Positions 1 through 14,035 of a stretch of DNA of 64,000 bases are shown here, one piece after another. This DNA comes from Eledone cirrhosa (lineage: Eukaryota): the NCBI GenBank assembly GCA_964016885.1, contig OZ024741.1:62248001-62312000 (forward strand). The letters run 5' to 3'. Position numbers and translations under genes: made by a program. The stretch's first letter is position 1, and every line of letters starts with the position of its first letter. The notes beneath the pieces are model-generated. The model saw only the letters and a program-made list of their open reading frames with translations. It was not told the origin of the DNA and did no database searches.

Positions 1-92
1 TGTTTTCATTTTGTCCTTAATTGTAAGTTGTTGTGTTGCTATTCCATTCATGTTTTCTATTTAATTTTGGTTGCTAAACAAATTCAGAAACG

Positions 93-210
<118 letters not shown>

Positions 211-217
211 GGAGAGA

Positions 218-295
<78 letters not shown>

Positions 296-665
296 TATAA
301 GTTGATAAAACAACAGTAAGGCGTTCAGATATTTATTTGAAGTTCGAATGTGGTTTATTTTGTATCCAGAATGGTAACAGGTATTTCAGAGTTGAATCCA
401 GTTGGTATACTTCCGGTTAACTTAGATTTTTATAGATGTATATATATATATTTCTCTACCCACACAAAATCGTTTCTCTCACAATTAACGCATAAGTGTG
501 CACTCTGCTTTCCTCTTTGGTTGGTATCCTAGTCATACAGGCTTAAGTAAAGCATTGAGTGACTGACAGAAGATCGTTTCAATATTATCATATATAAATA
601 AATATATATATATATATATATAAACGATATTAAACAAATGGAAATTACATTCATAAAACCATATT

Positions 666-731
666 TATTTCATTATATATATTTCAGGGATATCATATTA
701 AAAATATGGTATGCCCTCTTCAGATAAAATA
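666..731 (-). ncRNA. Type I hammerhead ribozyme motif (inverted copy)
   Basis: Reverse complement of the 798-863 motif. Confidence 0.7.
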
Positions 732-797
732 CAATATATAGACAGCTTTATAAATAAATTTGACATACCTTAGAGTTCACAATTTCCATTTAAAAAG

Positions 798-863
798 TAT
801 TTTATCTGAAGAGGGCATACCATATTTTTAATATGATATCCCTGAAATATATATAATGAAATA
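798..863 (+). ncRNA. Type I hammerhead ribozyme motif
   Basis: TATTTTAT-CTGAAGA-GGG...CCCT-GAAA-TATATA-TA-ATGAAATA. Stem I TATTTTAT/ATGAAATA; palindromic stem III. Confidence 0.7.
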
Positions 864-989
864 AATATGGTTCTATAAATGTAATTTCCATTTGTTTAAT
901 ATCGTAAAATACTCCAAAACCAGTTGAGTGCTTTTATATCAGTTATAAAATATTTACTCGTTGTAACCCAACATTTTAAATAAAACTTT

Positions 990-1079
<90 letters not shown>

Positions 1080-1830
1080 TTATTGGCTGAGAATTTTTCA
1101 TTTATTTGAATCGAAGCATGGAGTTTCACGTTCTCGGACCTTTGCCGAAATCTATGAATCTGTGTATGTATATGTTTGTTTGTGTGTGTGTGTGTGTGCG
1201 CGTGTGTAAGTGTAAGTTTATGTGTGTGTTTGTGTGTATGAAAATTGCATCCACATAAATGTCTCGTTCAACCTACCTTAGAGAAATATCTGTACAGAGT
1301 ATGCAAATAAGCATGTGTCACCTGACAAAGCTTATTGTACGACTAATGTCCTGTGCACTTATCTTCATGTCTGTGGAAAATACAACACAGCTAGATTTTA
1401 GCTAAAAATTCTCTAATTGTTATGTGTTTACTTGCATCTACCTTCCGTAAGTGAATATGCAAGAAAGGTTAAATTAAATTTACAGTTCATATCTATATAG
1501 GTTAAGCTGGCTCCTACGAAGTCGTATCTCATATCAGGTTTTTTAGGTGTTTTAATGATGGATGCTCCACTCCTATCATTAAAAGTGACATAAAATGAAG
1601 AGTTTTGCTCAAGAACATAATGCGCCGTCCGGTCTAGGACTCGCATCCACAGCATTATGATCGTGAGTCCAACACCCCGACCACTAGGCCACGCGATGTC
1701 ATTATGAGTCTGTATGTGAACCGTTGTTTTCCACCGCTTGGTCGTGTGTGTAAGTGTATCACAGCGGTGTAACGAACACTTCACTATTTCTATGCGTTTC
1801 TATGCGTATATTTTTTCAGCACAGCGCAAC

Positions 1831-3120
1831 CTAACCTTTTCCCTGCAAATGATGGAAATCAGAAGCTATTGTCTGTAAATTCTCCCAGCTCAGGGTTTTC
1901 ACAGCCCGGACTTTCGTGGCACCAGCTGACCCCTTCTCACTGATGACGTCAGTCATGAACGAGATGTACGTGATTGCCAAACGTAGCGTTTCGATGCGAG
2001 ACAATCTCTTCTCGTACGCAAACGTTGGCACCCGTTTTCGCAATGTATCGAAGGCTTCGTTCAAGTTGAACATCCGCCGCCGCTCCCGGATGTTAGCCGC
2101 ACGTCTCTGCGCCACTGTTGGTATTCGGCGCCGCTTTGGTTTGCTTCCACCATTGAAAATAACGTTGTGTGTCGTTGACGATGTGGCGCTACCGTTACTG
2201 CTGACACCGACACTGGTGGCGGCGGCGGCTGCAGCAACTGCAGCAGCGGCAGCAGCAGCAGCAGCAGCAGCCGCAACAGAGGCAGCATTGTATTGTGCCG
2301 TGTTAACCATTGACTCAGAGTGACGGACAGCGTGTGCCGCTGTCAGAGGATGAAGTAGGAGATGGTGGTGATGGTGATGGTGTTGTTTTTGGTGCTGTTG
2401 TTGTTGCTGTTGTTGTTGTAGATGATGGTGATGATGTTGCTGTTGGTGTTGTTGCTGTTGTTGTATTTGATGATGAAGATGTATATTATGCTGTTGTTGT
2501 TGTCGTTGCTGCTGTTGATGATGTTCAGAAGATGAAAGGAGTGGTGGTGGTGGTGCATGTTGTTGTTGTTGATCTTCATTGTGCTGTTGTTGTTGGTGGT
2601 GATGTTGGTTGTGGTGGGGGTTATGATGTAGTTGGTCTTGTTCTTGATGCTGTTGTTGTTGTTTTTGTTGACAGTAAACTCCAGTCTGCGTTTGAAAGGA
2701 AGGAGCAGATGCGGCGGGGTAGAGGATCGAACCACCAATGATGTCCTGTTGTTGTTGTTGTTGTTGTTGTTGTTGCTGCTGTTGCTGCTGTTGCTGTTGA
2801 TGATGATGGTGCTGGGTAACTGAAACTGGGTGTGCAGGGGGTGGAGGAGCAGTGGGAACATGCGCAGTAGGACCGAGGAGAGATTCATGTATATGATGCT
2901 GCGTTTGTTGGGCGTGAGCATGCTGCTGCTGCGGTTGTGGTTGCTGTTGATGATGATGATGTTGATCGTGCTGACTAGAGAGTTGCCTCTCCAGTCGTGA
3001 GTGAAGGCAGTTGGAAGTACCCCACATCCATTCTGTCTGTGTTAATGCACTGTCGCCACCACCAGACGTCACTTCCGGTTCAGCGTCAGTATTACTCAAA
3101 GGTGCCTCAGCTGACGGCAT
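1831..3120 (-). CDS. FERD3L: Fer3/FERD3L (Nato3/N-Twist, Ptf1-related) bHLH transcription factor, 429 aa ORF
   Basis: C-terminal b[70 protein letters not shown] matches the Fer3-type signature ([37 protein letters not shown]). N-terminus has polyQ, polyH and polyA tracts. The true start or additional upstream exons cannot be confirmed. Confidence 0.9.
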   Translation of the reverse strand: MPSAEAPLSNTDAEPEVTSGGGDSALTQTEWMWGTSNCLHSRLERQLSSQHDQHHHHQQQPQPQQQHAHAQQTQHHIHESLLGPTAHVPTAPPPPAHPVSVTQHHHHQQQQQQQQQQQQQQQQQQDIIGGSILYPAASAPSFQTQTGVYCQQKQQQQHQEQDQLHHNPHHNQHHHQQQQHNEDQQQQHAPPPPLLSSSEHHQQQQRQQQQHNIHLHHQIQQQQQHQQQHHHHHLQQQQQQQQHQKQHHHHHHHLLLHPLTAAHAVRHSESMVNTAQYNAASVAAAAAAAAAAAAVAAAAAATSVGVSSNGSATSSTTHNVIFNGGSKPKRRRIPTVAQRRAANIRERRRMFNLNEAFDTLRKRVPTFAYEKRLSRIETLRLAITYISFMTDVISEKGSAGATKVRAVKTLSWENLQTIASDFHHLQGKG

Positions 3121-3247
3121 GGTAGACTAATGTTTATATGTTTTAGTCTTTGTTATAAACCTTCCTCTTACACAAAAAACACACAATACCGTCCTATACC
3201 GTCTTTATTGTCCTCTTAATGGAAACGCTTTGTGGCTTATTATTATT

Positions 3248-3404
3248 AGTATCGGTAGAGGGTCGGACGAAAGAGTTACGGCCTTTTATGTCTGAGTTCA
3301 AATCCCGCTGAGGTTAACTTTGCCTTTCATCCTTACGGGGTCGATAAAATAAAATACCAGTACTACACTGGGATAATGCTGGCCTTGTGCCAAAAGTAGA
3401 AAGA

Positions 3405-3405
<1 letters not shown>
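3248..3405 (+). mobile_element. tRNA-derived SINE (family 1), 5'-clipped
   Basis: B box GTTCAAATCC, shared core TTTGCCTTTCATCCTTACGGGGTCGATAAAATAAA, tail GGCCTTGTGCCAAAAGTAGAAA followed by (ATT)n. Many copies in the window. Confidence 0.8.
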
Positions 3406-3444
<39 letters not shown>

Positions 3445-3721
3445 CTGTTTAGGAAGGTGGTTTGCACAATAAATATGATTACTGGATCTTGTTCTGCTTG
3501 CCGAGTCTCAACAAGGACCCTAGACAGACACAATTTTGCTCGGTATATGCGTATTTCCATACAGGGCAGTGTTTTCTCGTAGAACAAACTGTGTTCGGAG
3601 ATCTATTTTTCAAGTTAGTTTTAATGGTATCAAGATCACTGTTCCGATGACAACTGATATTATCTTGATATTGTTATTATCATTAGTTATGGTGTTGCTG
3701 CTGCTGACTCTGTTGTTGTTG

Positions 3722-3753
<32 letters not shown>

Positions 3754-4322
3754 GGTGGTGGTGGCGGTGGTGGTGGTGGTGGTCGTCGTCGTCGTGGTAG
3801 TGATGACGTGGTCTGTCTGTACACTGGATGATCCTCCAGCGATTATAGAAGTTTCGTAACTACAACGGAATTGATAACCGCCATGATAGCTGTAAGTTTT
3901 CGCTTACTGAAAATAGAAACAAAAATGATTGCAATATTTCATTAACTTTCTGCTGTTTCAATAAACATTTAGCCTTCATTTCTCTCCCTCTTTCTCCTTA
4001 TATAACCTCTGTCTTTGACCCTCCATCTCCCTCGTCCCCACTACTGTCCCAAAGGAACCTCCCAAACCATAATCAGTCCCTATCAAAAACATATGATCGA
4101 TTAGATAAAGGCTGTTCCTCAGTATGAGTGATGTCAAATAATAGACACCAGTAAAAGAATTAAAAAATGTACCCCCCCCCCCACACACACACACATACAC
4201 ATGCATATATATATATAATTCCAGAAGTGACAAGACCAACACAGAAATGTAAAAAGTCTTATTAGTTTCACGCTTAGGAAGAAATATGTCTATCTATCTA
4301 TCTATCTATCTATATATCTATA

Positions 4323-4394
<72 letters not shown>

Positions 4395-4624
4395 CACTAA
4401 TCACTTAATCTTTACAATTATTTAGCCACAAAGATTGTCTTTAAACAACAACTAGGAAAAATGTAATACATTATAACAATTAGAATAATACAATCAATAA
4501 TATTCAAACTTTTCTCTAGTAAATATCTATATTAACCTTGCAGTTGTCATTGACATATAGTGGAATAATCATTTTAATGTATGTCTCAATTGTTAATATA
4601 CCAGCTGACCATGTGGATATTCCA

Positions 4625-4724
<100 letters not shown>

Positions 4725-4922
4725 TTAAGGATACTATTTATGGTTATGTATATACTAAAACCTTTTATAGTTATATATATTTTAAACCCTAAACAGTGAA
4801 AGACGGTAATTTATTACTACCTTATTACCAGTAAGATAAATAGCTCAATGTAATAACATTAGTTGTTCTACAGAGCAGTTATATAGAAATTACATGAATC
4901 AAAGTTCTGTTTAAACCATTTA

Positions 4923-4972
4923 TTAGCTTACAATTGTTTCTTCCAAACCGAGGTTTAGAGTCTTCGGAGCAA
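4923..4972 (-). ncRNA. Hammerhead-like motif, CCGAAGA core variant
   Basis: Minus strand reads TTGCT-CCGAAGA-CTCTAAACC TC GGTTTGGAA-GAAA-CAATTG-TA-AGCTAA. Confidence 0.55.
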
Positions 4973-5668
4973 ATTTTCAATGATTGTTTACATACATAAC
5001 CTCCTTTCCAACACAAGAGACATACAGAAACATATGTATATATCAATGCACAGTGGGTTGACATCCATTATAATATTTTAGCATAGCAATTTACATTCAA
5101 AAATTAAAGTCATATTAAAAGAAAATTAAAACAAAATTAAAGTTAAAATACAACATTGGCAGTTTACGAAGATAATGCAAGAGGATAGTTTGAAGTAGTT
5201 AGTGTATGCAATAGTTAGACGTGGGGCATGCAAGTGTCTTATTTATATAAGATTATAGTGCGGCAAGGTGTCATATGGAATACAAGCACTTTAAGCGGGC
5301 AATAAAGAGTATTATGGGGGTTGTATTATGGGGGTTGATTGCCCGTTTAAAGTGCTTGTATTCCATATAACACCTTGCCGCACTATAATCTTATATAAAT
5401 AAGACACACGTGCATGCCCCACGTGTAACTATTGCATACTAACTACTTCAAACTATCCTCTTGCATTATCTTCGTCAACTGCCAATGTTGTATTTTAACT
5501 TTAATTTTGTTTTAATTTTCTTTTAATATGACTTTAATCTTTGAATGTAAATTGCCATGCTAAAATATTATAATGGATGTCAACCCACTGTGCATCGATA
5601 TATACATATGTTTCTGTATGTCTCTTGTGTTGGAAAGGAGGTCATGTATGTAAACAATCATTGAAAAA

Positions 5669-5718
5669 TTGCTCCGAAGACCCCAAACCTCGGTTTGGAA
5701 GAAACAATTGTAAGATAA
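5669..5718 (+). ncRNA. Hammerhead-like motif, CCGAAGA core variant (second arm)
   Basis: TTGCT-CCGAAGA-CCCCAAACCTCGGTTTGGAA-GAAA-CAATTG-TA-AGATAA. Confidence 0.5.
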
Positions 5719-5753
5719 TAAATGGTTTAAACAGAACTTTGATTCATGTAATT

Positions 5754-6415
5754 TCTATATATATATATATATATATAAAGTTGTAGTACCTGTCTGTTTG
5801 TTTTTTGATCACGAACTCTTCAAATGGTTTTGGAGATAGACTCCATAACCATATATATATTCTGAAGCTACATTGCCCAGGATACTTGGATAAGTATATT
5901 TCATTTTAATCAAATGGTTCCCTCGGGGCACAAAACCCCGCTGAAAATGTTTTCCCTTCGATTTATATGAAATAGGTAAATGACAGCATAGGTAAATGAC
6001 AAGATATGATGCCTATTCACTAAATTTCAGCAAATTTCCAATAATATTAAGACACGCTAATGGGGGTTAAACCCCCTATTAGGGTTCCCCGGGGGCACAA
6101 ACCCCCACTGAAAATTTTTTCCCTTCGATTTATATGAAATTTAAACCACAGGTAAATGACAAGATGCCTATTCACAAAAGTTTTGAATTGATATTTTGAA
6201 AAGAATTATTTACAAGAAACAAAATAAGAATAAAATTTAATAATGTAATTTGGATTTGATATATTACAAAAAATAATGTTTTCCAATTTTTCATGCATTT
6301 TACATTGAGTAATATTGAAATGCAAAGATTTTCTCCATAAATTATATCACTGATTTAAAATCAATCATCATTCTCTTACAAAAAATAAAAAAATGTGTGA
6401 AGGCGCGGGTAATTC

Positions 6416-6420
<5 letters not shown>
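5754..6420 (+). mobile_element. Non-autonomous Helitron/Helentron-like element
   Basis: 5' TCTATATA..TAAAG followed by CTGTCTGTTTG, an internal direct repeat (GGTTCCC..GGGGCACAAA.CCCC.CTGAAAA..TTTCCCTTCGATTTATATGAAAT at ~5916-5972 and ~6083-6140), and 3' GAAGGCGCGGGTAATTCGACTA. This layout is typical of such elements. Confidence 0.5.
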
Positions 6421-6490
<70 letters not shown>

Positions 6491-6651
6491 AATACATTAA
6501 CAGAGAAAGCTTTAAGCAATACTCCGACCGGCTTCCGTCTCACTCAACAAACATTAGGATATACCTTAGTATAATCCCAATTATACATTTGGGGTGCTAA
6601 CTATACGTATTTTGCGGATAGCCAGTTGTATTATTATATATGAGACATAAT

Positions 6652-6721
<70 letters not shown>

Positions 6722-7734
6722 AACAACTACCAAGTATTAAAGTTTATTTGTATACATATAACACAAATAACGTGTGCAGTTCTTATTTACATATTTAAAA
6801 CACAACAAAATAATCGAATAAAGCTAACTAGTTACTGGAATTAGTACATTTACTAGCAGAAAAACCACCCTTCGGGTGGTTTTCTGCTAGCATGTGTAGT
6901 GTGTATATTTATATTATACGCAGGTATATATACATGTAGATATGATACATCACATAAAATCGTAATTGACAATATATAATACATAGAAATTAAACGAAGA
7001 CTGCGTTACACTGTCTATTGTAATCATTAACGTAATCCATGATACCTTAAAAAAAACGATATTAAATATAAACTGCATTAGGAGAAAATTAGTGACGGAA
7101 ATGTAATGTTTATTTAAGCGATCGCCACCGGAAGTGTTGACATTTCAGAAATTTTAAAGAAGTGAATCTTTAAATAAACAAAATAAACCATACGCAGTCC
7201 CGCAGACCTTCCTTTATTATAGTTTAGATAACTGGAAGAAAATAATTTTTTTCTCTCAGCCTCAAAGAGAAACACTTACTCGTAAGCGTATCCTTTCCAT
7301 AAAGAGGAAGATCATTACCCCCCCAACCCCCCAACCCCACCCCTATATATATATATGTATAGGAAGAGCACCCGATTCCAGAGTCGGGTTCGATCATTAA
7401 TGGATCGTTCCTCGAGCTGGTCGGCAGTGAAACATATGTAATATGCAATTAAATATGTATATGATGCAACAATGATTCCTTGTTCCCTTATATATTAACA
7501 CTATATATATATGTGTGTGTGTGTGTGTATGTATGTGTGTGTGTGTGTGTGTGTGAGTGAATATCTATGTGCGAATATTTTATATTTTTTATATATGCGT
7601 ATACGCACGTGCACACCCACATACATACACATACATATATAGATATAGATATAGATATAAATACACACACACACATACGAGGTTTGTCCCCAAAGTAAGG
7701 CTACTGATGTTATATTTAAATATATATTAGATGT

Positions 7735-8020
7735 AAGCGGTAAATTGGTAGAGTCGTTAGAACGTCGGATAGAATACTTTATGGCATTCGTTCCGACTCT
7801 CTGAATTCAAATCCCTCCGAGGTCAACTTTGCCTTTCATCCTTTCGAGGTCGATAAAAAAGTGCCAGTCTAGTACTGGGTGGATTCGTCCTCTATATCGC
7901 TTTCTCATTTCCTTACTGTCTATCTTTCTCTGGAATAAATCTGCAGTACTCAGGCCTAGAGAGGGATGGGCTCCACCAGGCTTAAAATACGTATGTCAAT
8001 ACAGCGCACCTACGACTCTA
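7735..8020 (+). mobile_element. tRNA-derived SINE (family 2) with 3' extension
   Basis: Head AGTCGTTAGAACGTCGGATAGAA..TTCAAATCC, shared core, and a 3' block (GAATAAATC..TCAG.C.TAGAG..TGGGCTC.ACCA) that recurs at 51148-51206 and 51666-51735. Confidence 0.6.
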
Positions 8021-8039
8021 TAATGTGTTACGGAACCAT

Positions 8040-9060
8040 ACCATATTAGACGTACATTACAAGTTGTCTCCTTCAAAATACGACTCTTCGGAAGTCATAC
8101 ATTTCTTCCAATATTTGTTGTAGCAATACCAGAAGTCGTTTTCTCTGGTTGTCCTTCGCTCGTCGGTTACAGTTTTTTTGTGTTTTCCATAGTCCGAAAA
8201 TGATGACCCTTCAACCTCTATTTAAAATTAAGGAAGATCTAAAAATCGCGCAGAGCTAGATTTAGGCTGTAGAGAGGATGTTGAAGTGTGGAAATAATTT
8301 CCTTCGCCAGAAATTCTCTAATTGAAAGTGTTGTGTGGACAGGCGTGTTAGCGTGATGAAGTACCCAATCTCCTGTAATATTCTTTCGGACTCGCTGGAC
8401 ACTTTTTCGAAATAATTCCAAGACACCCTTGTAGAAGGTGCGATTAACAGTCTGTCCTGGAGGTAAATATCTTTTGTGAACAATACCACGGCTATCGAAC
8501 GAAATGATCACTATTGTTTTCACCCTTGATCTGCTCATGTAGGCTTTCTTTCGGCAAAGAGAGTTTTTCGTGTGCCATTCCTCGCTTTGCCGTTTTGTCT
8601 CTGGATCGTATTCTAACACCCATGATTGATCTCTTGTTATTAGTTTATCTAAAAATGTTGGTTCAATTTCGTGTCTCTATAGCAAATCTTGAAAAACTTC
8701 CAGCCGGTTCACTTTTTGCTCCACAGATATGGGCACTAGTTTTGCGCAGCCTTTTCACTTGAGCAAATGGTTTGTTAAAATTCTGTGAACACCGTTTTTT
8801 TCCAAGTCACTTAATCGGCAATCTTTTGCTATCGCCGCTCGCCCCACTTCCACATTTTGTTCATGTTTTGATGAGATTGGCGTTCAAGAATGAGGTTCGT
8901 CTTCAAAATGTCAACCCTCTTTGAAAGCGTTATGCTTCTTAAAATCCTTCATTCTCGATAGAGTGGCACCTCCGTAAGATTATGTTAAAAAACTACGTGT
9001 TTCTATAGCAGATTTGTTGAGTTTCACACCAAATTTTGTCGCGTACAGTGCGATATTTTC
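8040..9060 (-). pseudogene. Degraded mariner transposase
   Basis: ORF 8239-8619 reads EYDPETKRQSEEWH...FDSRGIVH..LPPGQTVN..FY...LHHANTPVHT...HPLYSLNLALRDF (degenerate YSPDLAPxDF). Stops and frameshifts lie outside it. Possible decayed TIR at ~7677-7710. Confidence 0.85.
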
Positions 9061-9328
9061 CTACATTGCAAACGTATCAGAGGTTATAAACACGTCTGTA
9101 TATAAACAGTAATTAATTATGACTAATACAATCAAGAAAATTGAAACAAGTATGTTCGTGCAGCCAAGGTCATTACCAACACGCCTATAGACATCAACGA
9201 TGTGCTGCATTACCATGTCGTACATAGGAAAATCAGTACTCTTATCGTTTGAAAAAATCTTGGATACACACACACACACGTATATATATAAATATATGCA
9301 TGTATATATATATATATATATGTATGTG

Positions 9329-9413
<85 letters not shown>

Positions 9414-10085
9414 ACGTATGCTCCGGTTTGGTTATTTTTTTAGTTCCTCACCAATAAAGAGATAAAAAGGGAGCTTGTTTCCAAATCAGAAATAAAAATC
9501 TTTCATAGGAATTTAGACACAGTCCATGAGTTTGCATGTGTGTGCAAGTATGTATGTAATTGCATGTGTAGATCTGTATGTTTTGAGTTATATGTATGTG
9601 TACAACTACTTGCTTCTACATGCTAAATTCTGGAATATTTTACATATTTTGCAGTTCTATCAATGAAAACTACCATCAATTTCTTGTTCTGCGAAACCCA
9701 GCTTCTCAAGATTTGTACTGAAGCTGTTAGTAACATATCCAAGTAACCTAATTATTACATGTACAAATCTAAAGGTATCCTCTGGGTTATGTAACTGGAG
9801 TATATATGTAAGTATATGTACGTATGTATATGTACGTATATATGCATGCGCTTGCCCCACATATTGTCACGTTAAGGGTATATGTATTATTGAAATTCTT
9901 AGACATTTGCACCTTAATTCCACAAACAGGATGTTCTGTTTGTCACACCAACTGGAACACTCATTGTCGGAAGCTAAAGTACCCCCCCCCCCCCCACACA
10001 CACATGTATACATATATCCCATACAGTTGTGTCAACCGTTGAATTAATATATACTGTATTACGTCATAGTAAAATGTTTATAAAT

Positions 10086-10170
<85 letters not shown>

Positions 10171-11513
10171 TATTTTGCCACGTGTATGCGCGCATATACA
10201 TAATTATGTGTGTGTGTGTGTGTGTTTATGTGCATGATTGTAAGATATATCAGATAAAATGATAGTAAATTTTAAAGGGAATGAACGAAATGAAATTTAT
10301 TCAAAGAATGAACGAAATTGAAAACTTTCCTACATCAACGAAGAAAACGACTTATGCACGGTCGTCGAATGACCCTTAGAAAGAGTAAAATTTAAAGAAA
10401 GAAATATTTGTAGAACGAAGGAATGAGTAAAAGAAAGAATAAATAACAGTACTATTAAAATATACTTTTGATGAACGAAAGATTAATCTTAAAATGTATT
10501 AAAAGAAAATAACATGAATGAATACCATAATGGGAAATGAAAGAATTCAAAGTGTGTCGGGATTTGACAATAGGGATGAAAGTATCAAAGCAAGTAAAAG
10601 GAAGAAAAGAAAGAATGTCTGTATGAAAGCCACAAAATAAAGAAGTTCGAATGAAAACTTGTAAGATTGAATACTGAAATGAATTGAATGAAAATAAAAT
10701 TACAGAGAGCACGAAAGAAAGAATGATATACGAGGTAATGAATGAATTCGTGAATGAAGTGAATACATTTCAAACATGAACCGAAGAGTGTCAAAAACAA
10801 AAAAGCAAAGCGGAATAAATCTTATAGTGTATGGAAGAATTATTAACGTAGAAAGATTAGTTAATTTGGAGAATGAACGAAGAAAAAAAAGAATGATTTG
10901 CGGTAAACTATGAATGAAGGAAGGAAGACAGGGATGAAAAAATTGAACAAACGAATAAATGAAGGATTTATGCTAAAACCCGTAAAAATGAAGGATTTAT
11001 GGCAAAATATGAACGAATGAGTAACCTTACATGAATAAATGTTATGCTGAATAAAAGAGGAAGTAAAGAAGCAAAACTTTAGTAAAAAAAAAAATTATTA
11101 ATTAATCCACCATTCAGTGAACTGAGTGAAGGAAAAACTTGATGGTACAAATGAACGAAGCAAAACAAATGAATGAAATTAAAGCATAATTGAAGCAAGT
11201 TAATATATATATGTATATATATATATATATATATATAATATACATATATATATATATGAACGAATGCTTGAAAGAATAATGATAAAACATAAAATATAAA
11301 TGAGATGAAAGAAAAAGATGAATGAATATGTCTTTACTCACCTTAATTTGAAGTGAACATTTTTGTAACGAGGGAATCATGCTGTGGGGAAAATATATTC
11401 TCCTTCTGCTTCTTCTGGAATTGTAAATAGGCGAAATGGTAATTGTTAGAAGATAAAGTTGTAGGAGATGGAAAAGAAGCGGAGGAGGATAAGGAAGAGG
11501 GAGGAGGGGGAGA

Positions 11514-11597
11514 AGAAGAAGAAGAAGAAGAAGAAGAAGAAGAAGAAGAAGAAGAAGAAGAAGAAGAAGAAGAAGAAGAAGAAGAAGAAGAAGAAGA
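11514..11597 (+). repeat. (GAA)n microsatellite, example of the very many SSRs ((TA)n, (CA)n, (GA)n, (TATG)n, (GGT)n, (AAT)n) across the window
   Basis: Direct reading. Confidence 0.95.
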
Positions 11598-12014
11598 AAT
11601 CAAACTTTTAAGGAAGTAGGACGATAAATTGAGGAGCGATTTGCAGGCAAATAAAACAATTTGCATCTGTTAATGTGGAGAGGTCCACTTGTAAAGTCAA
11701 CGACAAGAAAGACATTTTTTTAAAGAAATGTGGAATGTGGAATAACGGAGATGGTCGGAAAATGACGGAGAATGTTGGGGAATGACCATTCCATCAACGA
11801 CGGACAAATGGACACCACCTAAGACATCTATAAAGAGACAGTGTGGTATAAAAATAATAATAATTATTTTTTTGTGATTCGTCCTTGCATTGGCTCCAAA
11901 ATCTTGGGCTTTGTTGACAATAAATGAAATTCCCATTATTGTAATTTTTACTATTATTATTATTATTATTGGTAATTGCTGGCCTTGTGCCTAAAGTAGA
12001 AACAATTATTATTG

Positions 12015-12130
12015 GTTTTGTTATCGTGCATTTTTACTCAATCTTATTGTAAACCCCCACTGTCCGTATCTTTGTATGGTCCCCTACATGTCGGACCTTG
12101 TGGTCAATAAATGAAACTATTATCATTATT
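12015..12130 (+). mobile_element. Short 3' stub of a Tx1-like LINE in an (ATT)n context
   Basis: Ends CCTTGTGGTCAATAAATGAAACTATTATCATTATT, resembling the 3' end of the 41.5 kb element (CCTTGTGGTTAATAAAGAAATCATTATTATT). Confidence 0.45.
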
Positions 12131-12168
12131 ATTGAATGCATGCAAGTGTATATAGTGAAAATATGTAA

Positions 12169-12200
<32 letters not shown>

Positions 12201-12413
12201 TTGTATGTGCGTGTATGTGTGTGTGTATGTGTATGTGTGTGTATGTGTGTGTGTATGTGTGTGTGTGTGGGGGGGGGGCGGATATTTAAGTATTTTTCTT
12301 CTAATTATCTTAAATGTTAAATTTCAGGAATAGGGTATGTGAGTTACATTATATATACATATATATAATAAATCTTCGGATTTTTGTCTTTGTATTTATT
12401 ATAATTATATATA

Positions 12414-12451
<38 letters not shown>

Positions 12452-12458
12452 TATATAA

Positions 12459-12555
<97 letters not shown>

Positions 12556-12561
12556 TATATA

Positions 12562-12702
<141 letters not shown>

Positions 12703-12715
12703 GTATATATATATA

Positions 12716-12962
12716 TATTAATAAAGGGAATTCTAACTTTCTCTGATTTACTCGTTTTATTTACAATCCTTTAAAATTATAATGATATTATAATGAAATA
12801 GTGTGGTAGAATATTAAATGTTAAGTGTTAATTGAACTCTTCAATTAACACTTAACATTTAATATCGTACCATACTATTTCATTATAATATCATCATAAT
12901 TTTAAAGGATTGTAAATAAAACGAGTAAATCAGACAAAGTTGGAATTCCTTTTATTAATATA
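12716..12962. repeat. Near-perfect palindrome, ~120 bp arms, centre TTGAA-CTC-TTCAA at ~12839
   Basis: Arms are reverse complementary with a few mismatches. (TA)n on both sides. Confidence 0.85.
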
Positions 12963-13230
12963 TATATATATATACGTATATATATATATAAAAACTTGCA
13001 TATAATACATATAATACAGAGGGTGCGTGTAGGAAAGCTTAAAAATACATAACAGTAATTTACATAACACTAATTCTTTGATTTATTCATCGAACCTTTT
13101 TAACCTTTATATATATATATATGTAATATGTAATATGTAATATATATATATAAATAACTCTATATATATGTAATATGTAATATATATATAAATAACTCTA
13201 TATATATATTTATATATCTACATCTATCTA

Positions 13231-13263
<33 letters not shown>

Positions 13264-13329
13264 TTCAGAAGGTCCCGTTAAGGGTGAAAGCAGCGATTCT
13301 TCGCTTAAACTTTAATCTGTTATTTTAAT

Positions 13330-13406
<77 letters not shown>

Positions 13407-13460
13407 CATAAATATGTGTGTGTATATATGTATATACATATATATATATATACACACACA

Positions 13461-13798
<338 letters not shown>

Positions 13799-13872
13799 GT
13801 ATATATACATATTTATATATATATACATATATATATACATATATATATGAATATGTATATATATATATACAT

Positions 13873-13951
<79 letters not shown>

Positions 13952-13999
13952 TCTATTATAAGTCTGGTGGTGTCACAACTACGTTCTCTATACACACAA

Positions 14000-14035
<36 letters not shown>

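Larger units (their letters stand above)
623..993. mobile_element. Fold-back PLE-derived element (family A) between (TA)n tracts
   Basis: 623-733 is the reverse complement of ~797-905. The right arm continues to ~993 and ends in (TA)n. Each arm carries an HHR. Homologous to 28927-29375. Confidence 0.75.

Noticed and set aside
1916-2921. Alternative-frame and antisense ORFs over Fer3
   Set aside because: Shadows of trinucleotide repeats and of the real bHLH frame.
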